Below are positions 42,632 through 55,300 of a stretch of 64,000 bases of DNA, in pieces; position 1 is the stretch's first letter; each line of letters begins with the position of its first letter. Below the pieces are notes generated by a model. The model searched no databases, was not told where the DNA came from, and saw nothing but the letters and a program-made list of their open reading frames with translations. A program made the translations under genes and the position numbers. The DNA comes from Reclinomonas americana ATCC 50394 (taxonomy: Eukaryota): contig PS015187.1 in assembly GCA_048213135.1 (NCBI GenBank), positions 124,500 through 188,499 on the forward strand, read 5' to 3'.

Positions 42632-45600
42632 ATGGGCAAGGGCGCCAGTGCTGTGCCTGAGGTCTTCCAGCTCGCGGAGACTGGCCAAGTGGCGCAAGTC
42701 AGCAAGCGCGTCAAGCGGTTCAAGTGGACGTTGCGCATCCACATCTTCCCTCCTTTCTCACTTAGCCTCTCGCTCTCTCTGACTGCACCAACAGTGACTT
42801 GTGTGCGTTGCGCAATGGTGATGAGCGCACGTTGTTGCACGTGGCGGCCTTGCATGGGCACGTTCCGCTGCTGGAGTTTCTCATGGAGTGGCATCGTGGT
42901 GGTGATCGGAATGCACTGCTCAATGCGTGCGATCGAACGGGGACGACGGCGGTGGCGGCCGCGGTGTGTGCTGGACACGCTGCTGCGGTTCGCTGCTTGC
43001 TGCAGGCTGGTGCCGATCCATTCGGTTTGTTGTCGCCTTCGTCTTTGTGCTCGTTCTGCACGCTCGTTCTCTGATTGCTGTTGTCAGTGGCCGACTTGTC
43101 GGAGATGAACTGCTGGCACTGGGCGGCGTACACGGGCGCTGTGGACGTGGTGCAGGAGTTGACTCGTGCGGCTGGGCAGTCGCCGTTGGCGCTGGAGCGG
43201 CTGTCGTTGGCGTCGCGGGATGGGCTCAGTGCGTTGCATGTGGCGGCCAAGCAGGGCAGTGTGCACTTTCTGGAGGTGCTGTGTGAGGCGTTTGGGGAGG
43301 GTGTGAACTTGCGTGATCGGGCGTTTCACAAGATGATGACGCCCGTCATGTTTGCGGCGTGCCACGGTCGCACGCCGTTTCTGCATCGGCTGGTCGAGTT
43401 GACGAGGCGGAGGGCCGGCGATGAGGGAGTGCGGTGAGCGACTTCCACCACGAGACGTGTGCTCGTCGCGATGTTGCCTTTTATCCTCACGACAGCCGTG
43501 CTGCAGGCAAATGTTGTGCGACGAGGATCAGGATGGATGGACGGCGTTTCTGTGGGCGTGTGGCGCCAACGAGTTGGAGACGGCGCGCGCAGTGGTGGCT
43601 GCTGCGGTGCAAGCCGGCTTGTCGGTGGAGAGTCTGGTGCGTCACAAGGACGGCTCGGGAGCCACGGCCTTGCACTGGTGTTGCGAGCACGGCAATGTGC
43701 CGTGCACCATGTACATTTGTCGTGAGCTGTGCGAGACGATCACCAGTGAGCGGAATGCACTGGCCGACGCTGCGGCCGCTGCTGCTGCTGCCGAGGATGC
43801 GGAAGGAGAGAAGGATGGGGAGGATGACGATGGCGACGACGACGACCATGTCACGAGTGAGCAGGTACGACGCCGTGTGCTGAATGCAGTCGACGTCGAT
43901 GGCGACACGCCACTTCATGTCGCGTGCAAGAAGGTTGCGTCGATGGCAGGCACAACAAGACTGCTTCTTCGTTTCGTCGCTCACAAGAGCCGCCATGCAG
44001 TGTCAACTTCTCTCTATCCGCGTACTGCTCTCCTTTGAGGCGGTGCTGGTGGACTCCACCAATGTGGACTCGTCGACTCCGCTCATGGCGGCCGCCGAGA
44101 AAGGTCTGCCTCGCTGTGCGGTCTCGCCTTGTTGAACATGTGTGATTGAAATAATGTGCCCCATGCACGTAGGATTCTGGGAGGGCTGTCAGCTGCTGCT
44201 TGCCAGTGGCCGGTGCTCGCCGTGTCTCGGAAACGGTGATGGCGAGACTGCGCTGCACATGGCCACACTGGGCGCCGTCACGCAGCAGACGCGGCTCGAT
44301 GCGTCGCCCATCAATCCACTGAAGACCGTGGCGCTCTTGCTGCGACACGGCGCCGATCCGAACTTGCAAGACTTTGAGGGATTCACACCGCTGCATTGGT
44401 GCGCCTGATTGCGCGCGTGTGTGCACGGGAAGTATTGAGGCTGACAATCTTGTCGAATGCAGGGCCGTGTCGATGGACCAGGATGAAATGTGCTCCTCGC
44501 TGTGCATGGCCGGCGCATCGCCATTCATCACCGATGCTCTCGGCGACACGCCGCTGCACAAGGCCTGCCTCTTTGGTCATTTGTCGTGCGCACGTGTGAT
44601 TATGCACCTGCTGGTGATCTCACCACATGCGCCGCAAAGGGTGCGCTCATACTTTTTGGTTCAACACATGTCCCTGCTGCTGACCCATTCCCTCTCGCGC
44701 GCGCACACAGTTACACGCCGATGTGAAGGAAGCTGGCATCACGTGTGTGCGCGGCGCAGTGTCGGACTCGGAACAGCCAGTGTCGCTGTCGGTTGGGAGT
44801 CACGAGCTCGCGGCATTGTGTGTGGGCGAGGTGGAGGAAGCAGATGTGCGTCGACGTGTGCTGTGTCGTGCCACGCACGGCGCCTCGCTGGCACGCTGGC
44901 TGCCGAGTGTGCTGCCGGCAGTGTGCTTGCTGCATGATATCGTGCGGCAGCCGAATCAGGAGGGCAAGTCACCGCTGCACATGTGCTCCTTCAAGGTACG
45001 GACAATGGTGTTTGGGTTTCCCAATCATGTTCACGCAGTCGACTGAGACTCTCACTTCACATGCAGGCCGGTAAAGATGAGTGGCGATATGGACACCGAC
45101 TGCGTCCGCGCGAAGTCGAAGATGATGACATGCCGAAGCTGCACGTCATGTAGTTGCGTGCACGAGCATGTGCACAATTATCACTCCCGCACATGCCCTG
45201 ACCTTTCTATGTTCAGCGAGTTGATGCAAGAAGTCATTCTCCGCTCCTTTGATGCCGTGTGTGTGCTGCCCGACGGCTGCGGACACATGTACGAGTACGC
45301 GTTGCAAGAGGACGGAGAACGGCGGCTGGCCGTGGATGCCGTGCCGAAGAACTTGACCGGCGTGCCTCACTTGCACGCTCCCTGGTAAGGCATGCGTGCT
45401 GGCAGTGAGCGCTCACACCGCCGTGCTCACCTCTTCTTGTGTGCACTGGTCGTCAGGTCGGTGGTGCTGCCTCTTGTGCTCGCCCGCAAGTCACCAGTGC
45501 CTCGACCGTCGTCGTTGGCGGCTGTCGCCGGTGTGCATTACTTTGGCATTGAGGACATTGGTGGCTTCTTGGAGGCCTTTGTGTTCGCCTGCTATCTGGA

Positions 45601-46476
45601 TTGCGGACTGCCGCTTGTGTGTGACGCAACTGCTGCTGGCGACGCTGGCGCGGTGCGTTTCTTGCTCGAGCGATGGCATTCGCTCACTGGCGAAGTACGT
45701 GCTCGCACGCTGGCCGTGCGACCAAACAGCGAGCAGGTGACCCCGCTGCACTTTGCGTGTGCCTCGGGGCTGCCGCAGCTGCTCGACAAACTGGTGGAGG
45801 AGACCGACACCAGCGAGGATGGAGGTACAAGCGCTCCCGTTCCTGCTCTCGTAGTGTCGTCGTTTGCGCTGACACATCGCAGTGTCGTTGGATATTGGTG
45901 TGGCCGATCATCGCGGCTGCACTCCGCTGCATGTGGCCTGCATCACCGGGCATGTGGATTGCGCTCGCCGGTGCGTGCAGTATGGCACTGCCGTCGACAC
46001 ACGGGACAAGCACGGGCGCACACCGCTCTGCTATGCAGCCGACGCCGGGCACGAGTTGTGTGTGTACTACCTGGTGAAGGGTTTGTTTACTACAACTTGT
46101 TGTTGTTGTTGTTGTTGTCTGTTTGTCCTTGTCGACGGAACTCACATGATGTCGCGCAGAGGCACGAGCCAATGTGCAGCTGGCCGACAGGGATGGCATG
46201 TCGCCGCTGCACTTTGCGTGTGGTGGTCTGCACAAACGGTGTGCACGAGTGCTGCTCGATTTCGGTGCCGATCCGGAGGCAGTGGATGCTGAAGGCCTGA
46301 CGCCGCTGGCACATGCACGGAGAGGTGGCGATGGTGATGATGAAGAAGAAGAAGAGGAGGAGGAGGAAGTAGAACGTGGGGAGGATGCAGGTGCGGAGAG
46401 GCATGCGGCCGAGTCGTTTGTGGCTGCCTATCAACAGTGGCTGGCCAAGAGAAGAGCAGCGTCATCAAGGGAATGA
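42632..46476 (+). CDS. Multi-ankyrin-repeat protein
   Basis: RTLLHVAALHGH, DGLSALHVAAKQG, GATALHWCCEHG, DGDTPLHVAC, GFTPLHW, GDTPLHKACLFGH, GRTPLCYAADAGH, GMSPLHFAC; N-terminus MGKGAS. Confidence 0.9.
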
Positions 46477-46585
46477 ACGATCGATGATTAAAGCAGCAAA
46501 ACATTGATCTTTACAAAGTACAACAAGCAAAACAACTAACTATTCTTCTGTCTAAGCAGCTGCATGGTTTCCGTGCATGCTGCGT

Positions 46586-49500
46586 CTAAATGAGCCGCAT
46601 CCAGCCGACGGGCGACATGAAAAACACGGCGGCCGTCTTCGGCGGCACGTGCAGTGGCGTCTCCGAGCCCAGCATGAGATGCACCGTGGTGTCCTCGTCG
46701 TCGTTGCGGCAAAACATGAGCTGACCCTCGCGGGCACGGGCGCCCGTGAAACCCACAAACACCGACACCGTGCCAGTGGCGCTCGGCTGGCTGTCGCTGC
46801 GCACAACGACAATGCCCACATCGGTGACGGACACAGTGCCGGCGTCGGCGTCCACCACCACCGGTGTCAGGCTCAGCTGGCCGACCGACAGCGAGTTCAC
46901 CAACAGCGCATCCTTCGAGGCATCAATCGTGCCACTCGACGAGTGCAACCGCGGGTGAGTGTCGGCCGAGCCGCCTGCCATCTCCAAGCGCGAGCCACCG
47001 GCAACATCGCTGCCGACCTGCATGGTGGTCGAGGCCACCACATTTCCGCCAACATGCACGCCACCGGGGCACGAAATGTCGCCCGACGCCATGCGGCACT
47101 GGCCATCGGTGACGACGGAGGCCTCCACCGTCGCGGCCTTCACCGTGCCGCGTGTTGTGAGGTCGCTGTTTTGCAGACTCACGCGGCCGCTGGACGAGGC
47201 CAGCACCGGATCCTCTCCCGACGTCTCCACCGACAGCGACGCACGGTCGCCGTTGATGCGCAAGTGCTGCAGGAACACAACATAAGTCGGAGACACAATA
47301 TGTCGTCGACGGTGAACGGCACGCCACCACTCACCGAGCCAGCCAGCTCGCCACTGGTGTGCACACCACCACCGCATCCACTGATGGTGCTTCCGTGAAT
47401 GGTACACGCCGCGCTGCCGTCCTTGGTGGTGGTGCTGAACGAGGCGGCCACCACCGACGAACCCGAGCGAATTGCCGTGTCCGTAAAGTCGACCACGCGT
47501 GTCGACGAGCGCACAGTCGGGTTCTCGCCGGAGCCGTCGAGAATGATCGACGAAAGGCTCGAGGCCGCAATCTCCTGCGCCTCCATCACGCCCTGCGTGA
47601 TAATGTCGCCCGTGCATCCGTCAATCGCGCCGTGCGCAATGGAGCAACGACCGTCGGTCAGCGTGGTCGCCTCGACGCCCACCGCCGTCAGATTGCGCGA
47701 CAGCACCAGATGCGCGTCGGCCTCGATCGTGCCCGAGCTGGAGCGGAAAGACGGATGCTCGCCATGGGCTTCCACATTCAGCTCCGCCGACAGACCACGG
47801 ATCTGGTGCAGGCAAGTCAGCACGAGACACACAGAGAAACAGCGACGAGAGACCCTCGCGACCAACCATGAGACTGAGGGCTTGAGCGGGGCCGTCAACC
47901 ACCAGGTTGTTACGCACGCTCTCCACCGAGAAGCCGCTGTTGTCGTGCACAGAGTTGACCACCAGGCCTCCGTTGCTGGGGCCACTCGACAGGTTGCTGG
48001 CCAGCACGCACCCGATCAGCACACCGCCCTCCATGCGGCACACACCGTCGGTGATGGCCGGTGCCGAGATTTCTGCGGAGGTGGAGGTGGGCGTGAGTTT
48101 TCGTGTTTGCGACGCACAATCAAGAGGTGCTGCACTTGCATACCTCCGTCGGCGCGAATGTTCTTCTCCGCCGCAATGCTGCCGGAGGATATCACATTAC
48201 CGGCGACACGAACGTCGGACCCGACCCGGATGCCAGCACGGATGTTGGCCTCGGAGGCCTCAATGGCGCCGATTGACTGCACCGACTGTACCGTCAGCGA
48301 GCCGACGACAGACAGGTTGCCTTCGTTCGACACACCCACTCGGCCTGCACAACAGATATGAGAAAGGCTGCCGATCAAGAGCAACTACTACAACAACAAC
48401 AAGAATGAATGACGAACGCACCATTGCCAAACATGGCCGTGCCGTCGGCGGCAATGTAGTTGCCAGCCTTGGGTCCACCGACACGCATCTCGCTGGCCGC
48501 CATCATCGACGGCGAGGTGACACACGAGCCCTCGATCTTGCTCGAGCCGACCTGCATGCTCAGCTGATCCGACACAAACACATTGTCGACAATCGAGCCG
48601 CCGTTCACGCCGCTGCCAAAGCGCAGCTTCTCCACGTGCAATGTGCCGATGCGAGCTTCGCTGGCAAACACGCCATCGGTGGCTGTCACCGAAAGCATGC
48701 CGTCGGCAAACGAGGCCGACGGCGCCGTCACCGCACCGTCGAGATCGAGCCCGAGGAGGCCACTCAGGCGACCATTCTGCAGCAATGCCTGTCCGTCGGT
48801 GATCGACTGACCGCGTACCTCACCAGACACATTCATCGGGCTGGTGATGCGCAGCGGCTCGCCGGTCGCCGACTGAATGCCGCCAGTAGACACCGACAGC
48901 TGCTGGAGGATCGTTCGGCCCGCACCCACCATGTCGCCGTTGACAATCATGGTGGTGACCTCGGCTGCCGGGCACGTCATGGTGCCGACTTCGTCGACGG
49001 CAAACTGGTTGCCGGAGCCGAACATGCCAATGGGGGCACGCACTGAGCGCCGCGCAGCAATCTCCTCGGCAACCACACTGCCGCTCTGCATCACCGTGAT
49101 GCCGTCGGTGATCAGCGGGCTGGTCATCGACTCCGACGCGTTAATAACCGGTGCCGTGACGGCACTCTCCAGCTGCAAGTCGTTGGTGACGAGCTTGTCA
49201 AAGTTGCCGAAATTGGCGTACACGCCGCCGTCGTCGCGCAGCTGCACGGTTCCGTTGGCGAACGAGCCACGCGCGGCAGTCAGCGTCTCCGTGGCGCGCA
49301 CTTCCGTCACATCCAGCTTGCCGTGGGCCAGACGCGCACTGCCGTCTGTCAGCTCCGCAGCGTGCACCGTGCCCTCGGTGACGAGTGTGTCGCCGCCGAG
49401 CGAAATCGAGGCCGTCAGCGAGCGCAGCGAACCGTCGCCAATCACCACTGAGCGGAGCGACGCAACACCCGACGTGGTAACGTGCACCGCATTGACGCTG

Positions 49501-52123
49501 CCGACGGTGGCCTGCGCCGCTGTCAAGCCACTGGTGTCGACGCTGACCGTGCCGTTCGCAAACGTCGCCGCCGCGGCATCGAGGTGGTCGCTCACTCGCA
49601 CCGACGGCGTCTCGAGCGACTCGGTCAGCAGCGCGGCACGGCACTGCATGCCGCCAATGCTGTCCATGGTGCACCCGTCCGGGCCACCGACAATGACTGA
49701 GGCGGCGGTCAGCACGGTGCTGGCGCGCAGCGTTGGCGACGAGACCGAGTTGGGCGAAATCGTGGTGCTGTCGTTGGTCGGCGCCGTCACGGACGACGAG
49801 CCGGTGGCATCGGTTGTTGAGAACGCATCGTCAGCGGCGGCAGCGGCAGCGGCAGCAGCGATTGATGCATTGCTGTCCACCACTCGCAGCATGCTGAACG
49901 ACGCCATGCCCGAACTGCGCAGTTCGTGGGCCGTCACGATACCAAACTGGGCATCCTCGCACACCACATTGCCGTTGTCCAGCACGGCGCATCGACCGTC
50001 GGCAAACGACGCCGAGCCCTTGACAGAGAGTGTGGACGAGACGTCCAGCTGCGGCGTCGAGATGCGGCCGCTGGCAATGTTCGTGCCCTGACCGTCGGTC
50101 AGCGACGAAATTGTTGCCGACGACGCCAACACGCTGTGAGCCGAAGGGGTAAGAAAATCGTCTGGGAAGAGGGGATGTTTGGTTGCGCGCGCACATACAC
50201 ACCCATTGAACAAGGCAGAGAGGCAGTCCTCGCCGCCGAAGCCAGTGTCACACACGCACTGCGGCTGCCCGGTCACCGAGTTGGCGATGCAGTGGCGATT
50301 GGTGCCACAGTCCACCATGCAGACGCTGCAGCGGCCATCACTGCCCTTGCTCCATCCAGTGGGACAGCGGAGCTGAGGGGGGAAGTGAGCGACGGTGGAT
50401 TTTGAGAAGGAGAGAGCAACGGCGGAAGACCACCAACCAGGTTGCACGACGGTCCCTCCCAGTTGGCGTCGCACAAGCAGTTGCCTGCGGCGTCGCAGTT
50501 GCCGTGGTCCGAGCACGTCTCACTCCGGCTGCATCCACACTGCGGGCCGCCGAATCCCGCGGCACAGGTGCACGAGCCATTCAAGCACTTGTTGGGAGCT
50601 CCACCGCTGTTGTGAGGAGAGAAGAGAGATGAGAAGTTGGTGTGGATGCTCCCTGTCAGCAGCAGTCACTCACCACTGAGCCTCCGAAATGCACGCCACA
50701 CACTTGTTCGGCGACGCTGGATCGCACATGGTTCCCGTCGGGCTGCACGCAGCAAGAGAGATATCAGAAACTATTTTTTCTTCTCGTGCGCGACGGGAGG
50801 TGGCCTTACCAGTTCGCTTGCACGCACTCGCAGTTGGTGCCGCCAAAGCCCGGCAGGCACACGCAGCGGTTGCTCATCGGCTCGCACGGCGCACCATTCG
50901 CGCACTGGCAGTCGACCGTGGTGCACGTGCTTCCCTTCCAGCCAGTGAAACAGATGCACTGGCCATTGGAGGCGCACATGCCGTTGCTGTTGCACGTCTC
51001 CAGATCGGAGCACTCGCAGAAGCGACCATTGAAACCTGTGAGAGTGACGGTGAGACGAACACGTCCACAGCTGCAGAACTGAGCACGAGACGATAATGTA
51101 CCAGGATTGCAGACGCACACATTGCTGACACAGGAACCCGACGAGGAGCCACCGCTGTGACAGCAGGATAAGTACGCAAACAAAAAAAAAGAGATCACAG
51201 AGAGACCACACACCAGGCCACATCGTTGGTGCAGTCCACCGACTCAGTAGGCGACGATCCACCGACTATTCCACTCGATGACGAAGACGACGACGATGAG
51301 GAGGACGATGAGCTTCCGCCAGCAGCAGAAGCCGGCGGTGCCGGCGGCACACCATTCAACCATCGCGAGCAGTCCACGCCAGTCCACCCTGCATCGCACG
51401 AGCAGGCGCCCGACGCGTCGCACGAACCGTGATCGTTGCACGACTCGAGTCGTGAGCACTCGCAGTTCACACCTCCACGATCTGCAATCCGCATGAGCAA
51501 CACACCGCACACACTCTCTCATTGCGTCCACACTCACCAGCCGCGCAAATGCACTTGCCACCGACGCACATGCCTCCATCCGATCCACCACTGTCACCGA
51601 ATAAGCACATTGTATCTCACTGAGGGCGATCGCAAGGAGCATAGACGCAACCACTGCGCGCTGGTGGTGCAGACAGGCGGTGTGTCGCCACTCCACTTGG
51701 CACACGAGAGGCCCGCCCAACCCGCGTCGCACACGCATGATCCATCGGCCGCGCACGATCCGTGTCCATTGCACGACTCGTCCCGAGTGCACTCACAAAA
51801 CTCTCCACCACTCCCTGCACCGCCACAGCATGAGTACTTGCAAGAGAGAGAGAGAGAGTGGAGGTGTGTGCGCGTCTCTCTCACCTGGGAAACACGCGCA
51901 GGCGCCATTGATGCACTTGCCGGATCCATTGCACTGTTGACTGTCAACACAAGCCGCAGTGGCCTCCTGCACCGCAGCTGCCACTAACACCAATGCTACA
52001 ACCACGAGCAGCAGCAGCAGTCGCGTGCTGCCAAAGCCTCTTGTCACTGAAGAGAAGAAGTTGTCCCGAGTTTGGTAAGTCTCTCTGTCAATGGTGGAGA
52101 AAAGAATGATGATGCACTCAACT
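46586..52123 (-). CDS. Secreted protein: signal peptide, about 10-11 tenascin-type EGF modules, long Gly/Ser/Thr/Val-rich beta-repeat (fibre-like) region, small C-terminal domain
   Basis: LLLLLVVVALVLVAAAVQEATA; repeated CNGHGSC..GSCVCDAGWxGxxC; then about 1100 aa with repeated (L/I)TDG and F(A)(D/N)G motifs; ends WMRLI*. Confidence 0.85.
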
Positions 52124-52302
52124 CTTTCCGCTTGTCTCTCGCTGTCTCTGTCTCTCTTGCTGTTATGCGCGCGTGTGTGTGTGTGTTGAGTTGTCTTGTA
52201 TCCGAGACGCAAGAGACGAGCGCGTCTGGGCTCCGCGGTGCTGAAAAACAAAATCGTAATACTGGCTTCGAACATCAGACACAGCAAATGTGTCCCGAGT
52301 AA

Positions 52303-55300
52303 TCAATCGGAACCCTCGGCTGCCTGCGAGGCCACCTGGGCAAAGCTCAGCGGATGTACCAGTGGTGGCCGCAGGTGGGCGACCAGATGCGCGCCGAGTT
52401 GCACCAGAACCTCCACAGCACCGGGGACAAGCTGCGAAACCAGGCACTTGAGTGGAACATGTGCAAGACAAAAGCCGTCTGTGTGCGCGTCCTTGCACGT
52501 ACCTCGGGTGCGGTGCGACGCAGCTCGTCGCAGGCCGCCAGCATGGCATCCTGGAGCCGGAACGCCGGCAGCACCCCGGTTTCCAGCAGTGCCGTCCAGA
52601 AATCGGCAAAACCGACGGTCAGTGGCGGCGACAAGTGCCGCATGGTGCGCTCGCCCAGCAGTGCACGCCACACAAGGTGCATGCGAGTGCGTAGAAGTTG
52701 TTGCGCTGCTCCAAAGAGCATCGACAGCGATTTGCTGTCCATGCTTTTGCCCTCCTGCCGCTCGCGCACCAAAAACGACGGAAACACGCACGTCCACACC
52801 GCCGTCACCACCTGATGCGCGATCTCATCCAGGTCGGCCATGGGCAAGTGAAGGTCGTGCATCATCGATGCAATGGCCGCAAACTTGTCGACGAGCACCT
52901 CCGCTGACTGGCGGCGACGCAGAGCGGCCACTTGCACGGCCAATTCATGTCGCACGCCGAGGCGTGAGGTGGCCGAGGGCCACTCCAACGTCACCTCCTT
53001 GACCGGTGGCACCGCTGGCAGAGGGTCCTCGACAGCCGCAGCCAGCTCCTCGACATCCGCGGCACGCAGCTTGGCCGCGGTTGTGAGCGACCGACGGAAC
53101 TGTGAATAGTTAGCACAGCTGCAGAGCACAAGAGGTCACCCACAACATCTCCTCACCTTTGTCCAATGGTGCGAGAGTGACGAGCGAAGCAGCAACTGAA
53201 TGTCGGCTTCCAGACTTCCCGTGATGTACTGTTCACACGACTGTGTCGTCAACTTTACGGCCAGGTCACGAGCGGCGGCATTGTAATCTTGCACACATGT
53301 GAGACTAAAGAAAACATCACGCGAGGACAACACTGCGTCGCACACCTGGAGGCACCAAGTTCTGCATCAACAGTGCAATCTGCTGCCGGCACTGTGCCAC
53401 TGCGCACTCTGTGACCGGGCCCAGCGCCAATGCAGTGGCATGTCGCACCATGTCGCCCATCATGTCACCGGCACCTGCCGACTGCGCGGCGTCACATACA
53501 CCAAGGATCAGAATGACGGAAGCTCCTCACTTGTCGCACCCACACACACACTCACAGTCGCTGCAGCACAATCGGATGCAGCCGCAGCCGGCTGCACGAG
53601 GAACAAGCGACATGTGGCCTGCACGTGCGACATTTGAGCGCGGTGACTCGGGAAGAAACAACCTACGCGACTGCGGCGTGCCACTGACCTCAACCGCGGG
53701 CGGCAGCAGCTGTGCGCAGCTGTGCCGTCGGGCATTGTCTGCCACTCGACGCACAAGAAAATTGGCCAGCTGCTTCAGTTGTGGATTGGCGTCGAAAAAT
53801 GCGTCGTGCAGCTGCGGGCCAGCAGCGTCGTCGGCACTGCTCGCACCCACGACCACAGGCTGCCACAACGAAAAATGAAAATGAGAGGCACGAACCAAGC
53901 AAAGGGCACAATTCTTTTGGTATGTGCACACCTTGACCAGCACGGGAACGACCTTGCGGATGCTTGGCGAACCCATCGTGCCCGGCGACTGGCACTTGAC
54001 GCCACCAAGCCGCGCACTGTCGTACGCCGAACTGAACACCTGCCGGACAGCGTCACAGTCGTCCGACATGGTCACTAGCGTGTCGCCTCCGTCGAGGAGG
54101 CCGAGCGATGCAGCTGCATCGGCATCCTGCATATGTGGTGCGTGTGTGAGTGTATGCATGGTGAGAGCCGACAACGCCATACACGTCGCACTGAGCTCCT
54201 CACGAACCGTTCGCCACACAGCCATGGACTCCACGGCAGCTGCGCTCGCTTCACTGGCAACTGTGGCCAGCAGATCCGGCACCAGGCTCCACTCCAGAGC
54301 CTCTTCTACCACCGCACGCAGGCCGCTGCTCAAGATTCGTGCGTCAAGTGGCACATCCTCGCGCTGCACGAGTTCAGCGCACTGCTTGCGAATGTGCAGC
54401 AGCAGGATCCACGCTTGTCGAATCGGTTCCAGTCTGTGGTGCGCAGTCAGTCGCAAGAGAGAGACGAAGAGGGAAAGAGACGAAGAGCGGGAAAGAGAGG
54501 GGGAGAGAGACGAAGAGAGGAGAGAGAGGAGACGAAGGAAAGGAGAGAGAGGAGAGGAAGAGAGGACAGCGAGAGACGAAGAGAGGTGAGAGAGTGAGAG
54601 AGAGAGAGAGAGAGACGAGAACAGAGAGAGGAGACAAAGAGAAGGAGAGAGAGGGAGGCGAAGAGAGGAGAGAAAGACTAAGAGAGGAGAGAGGGAGACG
54701 AAGAGAGGAGAGAAAGACGAAGAGAGGGAGAAAGCACATTAACGAGAAAAGGAGAAAGCGAGGGGATGAATGTTGACAATGGGAGAGACGGAGCGAGAGA
54801 GAGAAAGCACATTAAAGACAAGGGAGAAAGCGAGACGAAGAATGTTGACAGCGGGAGTGACAGAAGCGAGAGAGAAAGCACATCAACGAGAAAAAGAGAA
54901 AGCACATCAACGAGAAAAGGAGAAAGCGAGGGGATGAATGTTGACAATGGGAGAGACGGAGCGTGAGAGAGAGAGAGAGTGAAAGTACACGAAGAGAAAG
55001 AGATAGAAAGAGACGAAGCATCTTGACAACTAGAACTGGCGAAACCGAGAAAGGGGGAGAGTGCATGTACCAAAGAACGAGAGTGCAGAAAGCATGAGGA
55101 CATGGATGCGCAACTCCAAGGCCGTAGCCGATCGAATCGATGAGCGGAAGAGCGGCATCATCCAGGTGACATGCGCCGGCAGTTGATGCAGTGCAGCGGC
55201 TCGACGGAGGATCGAGACCAGAGCCAATTTGTCGGCAACGTGTCTGTCGCACACCACAGTCAGTTACGCAAACATACTCGTCTCTGCGGCGTTGAGGCGC

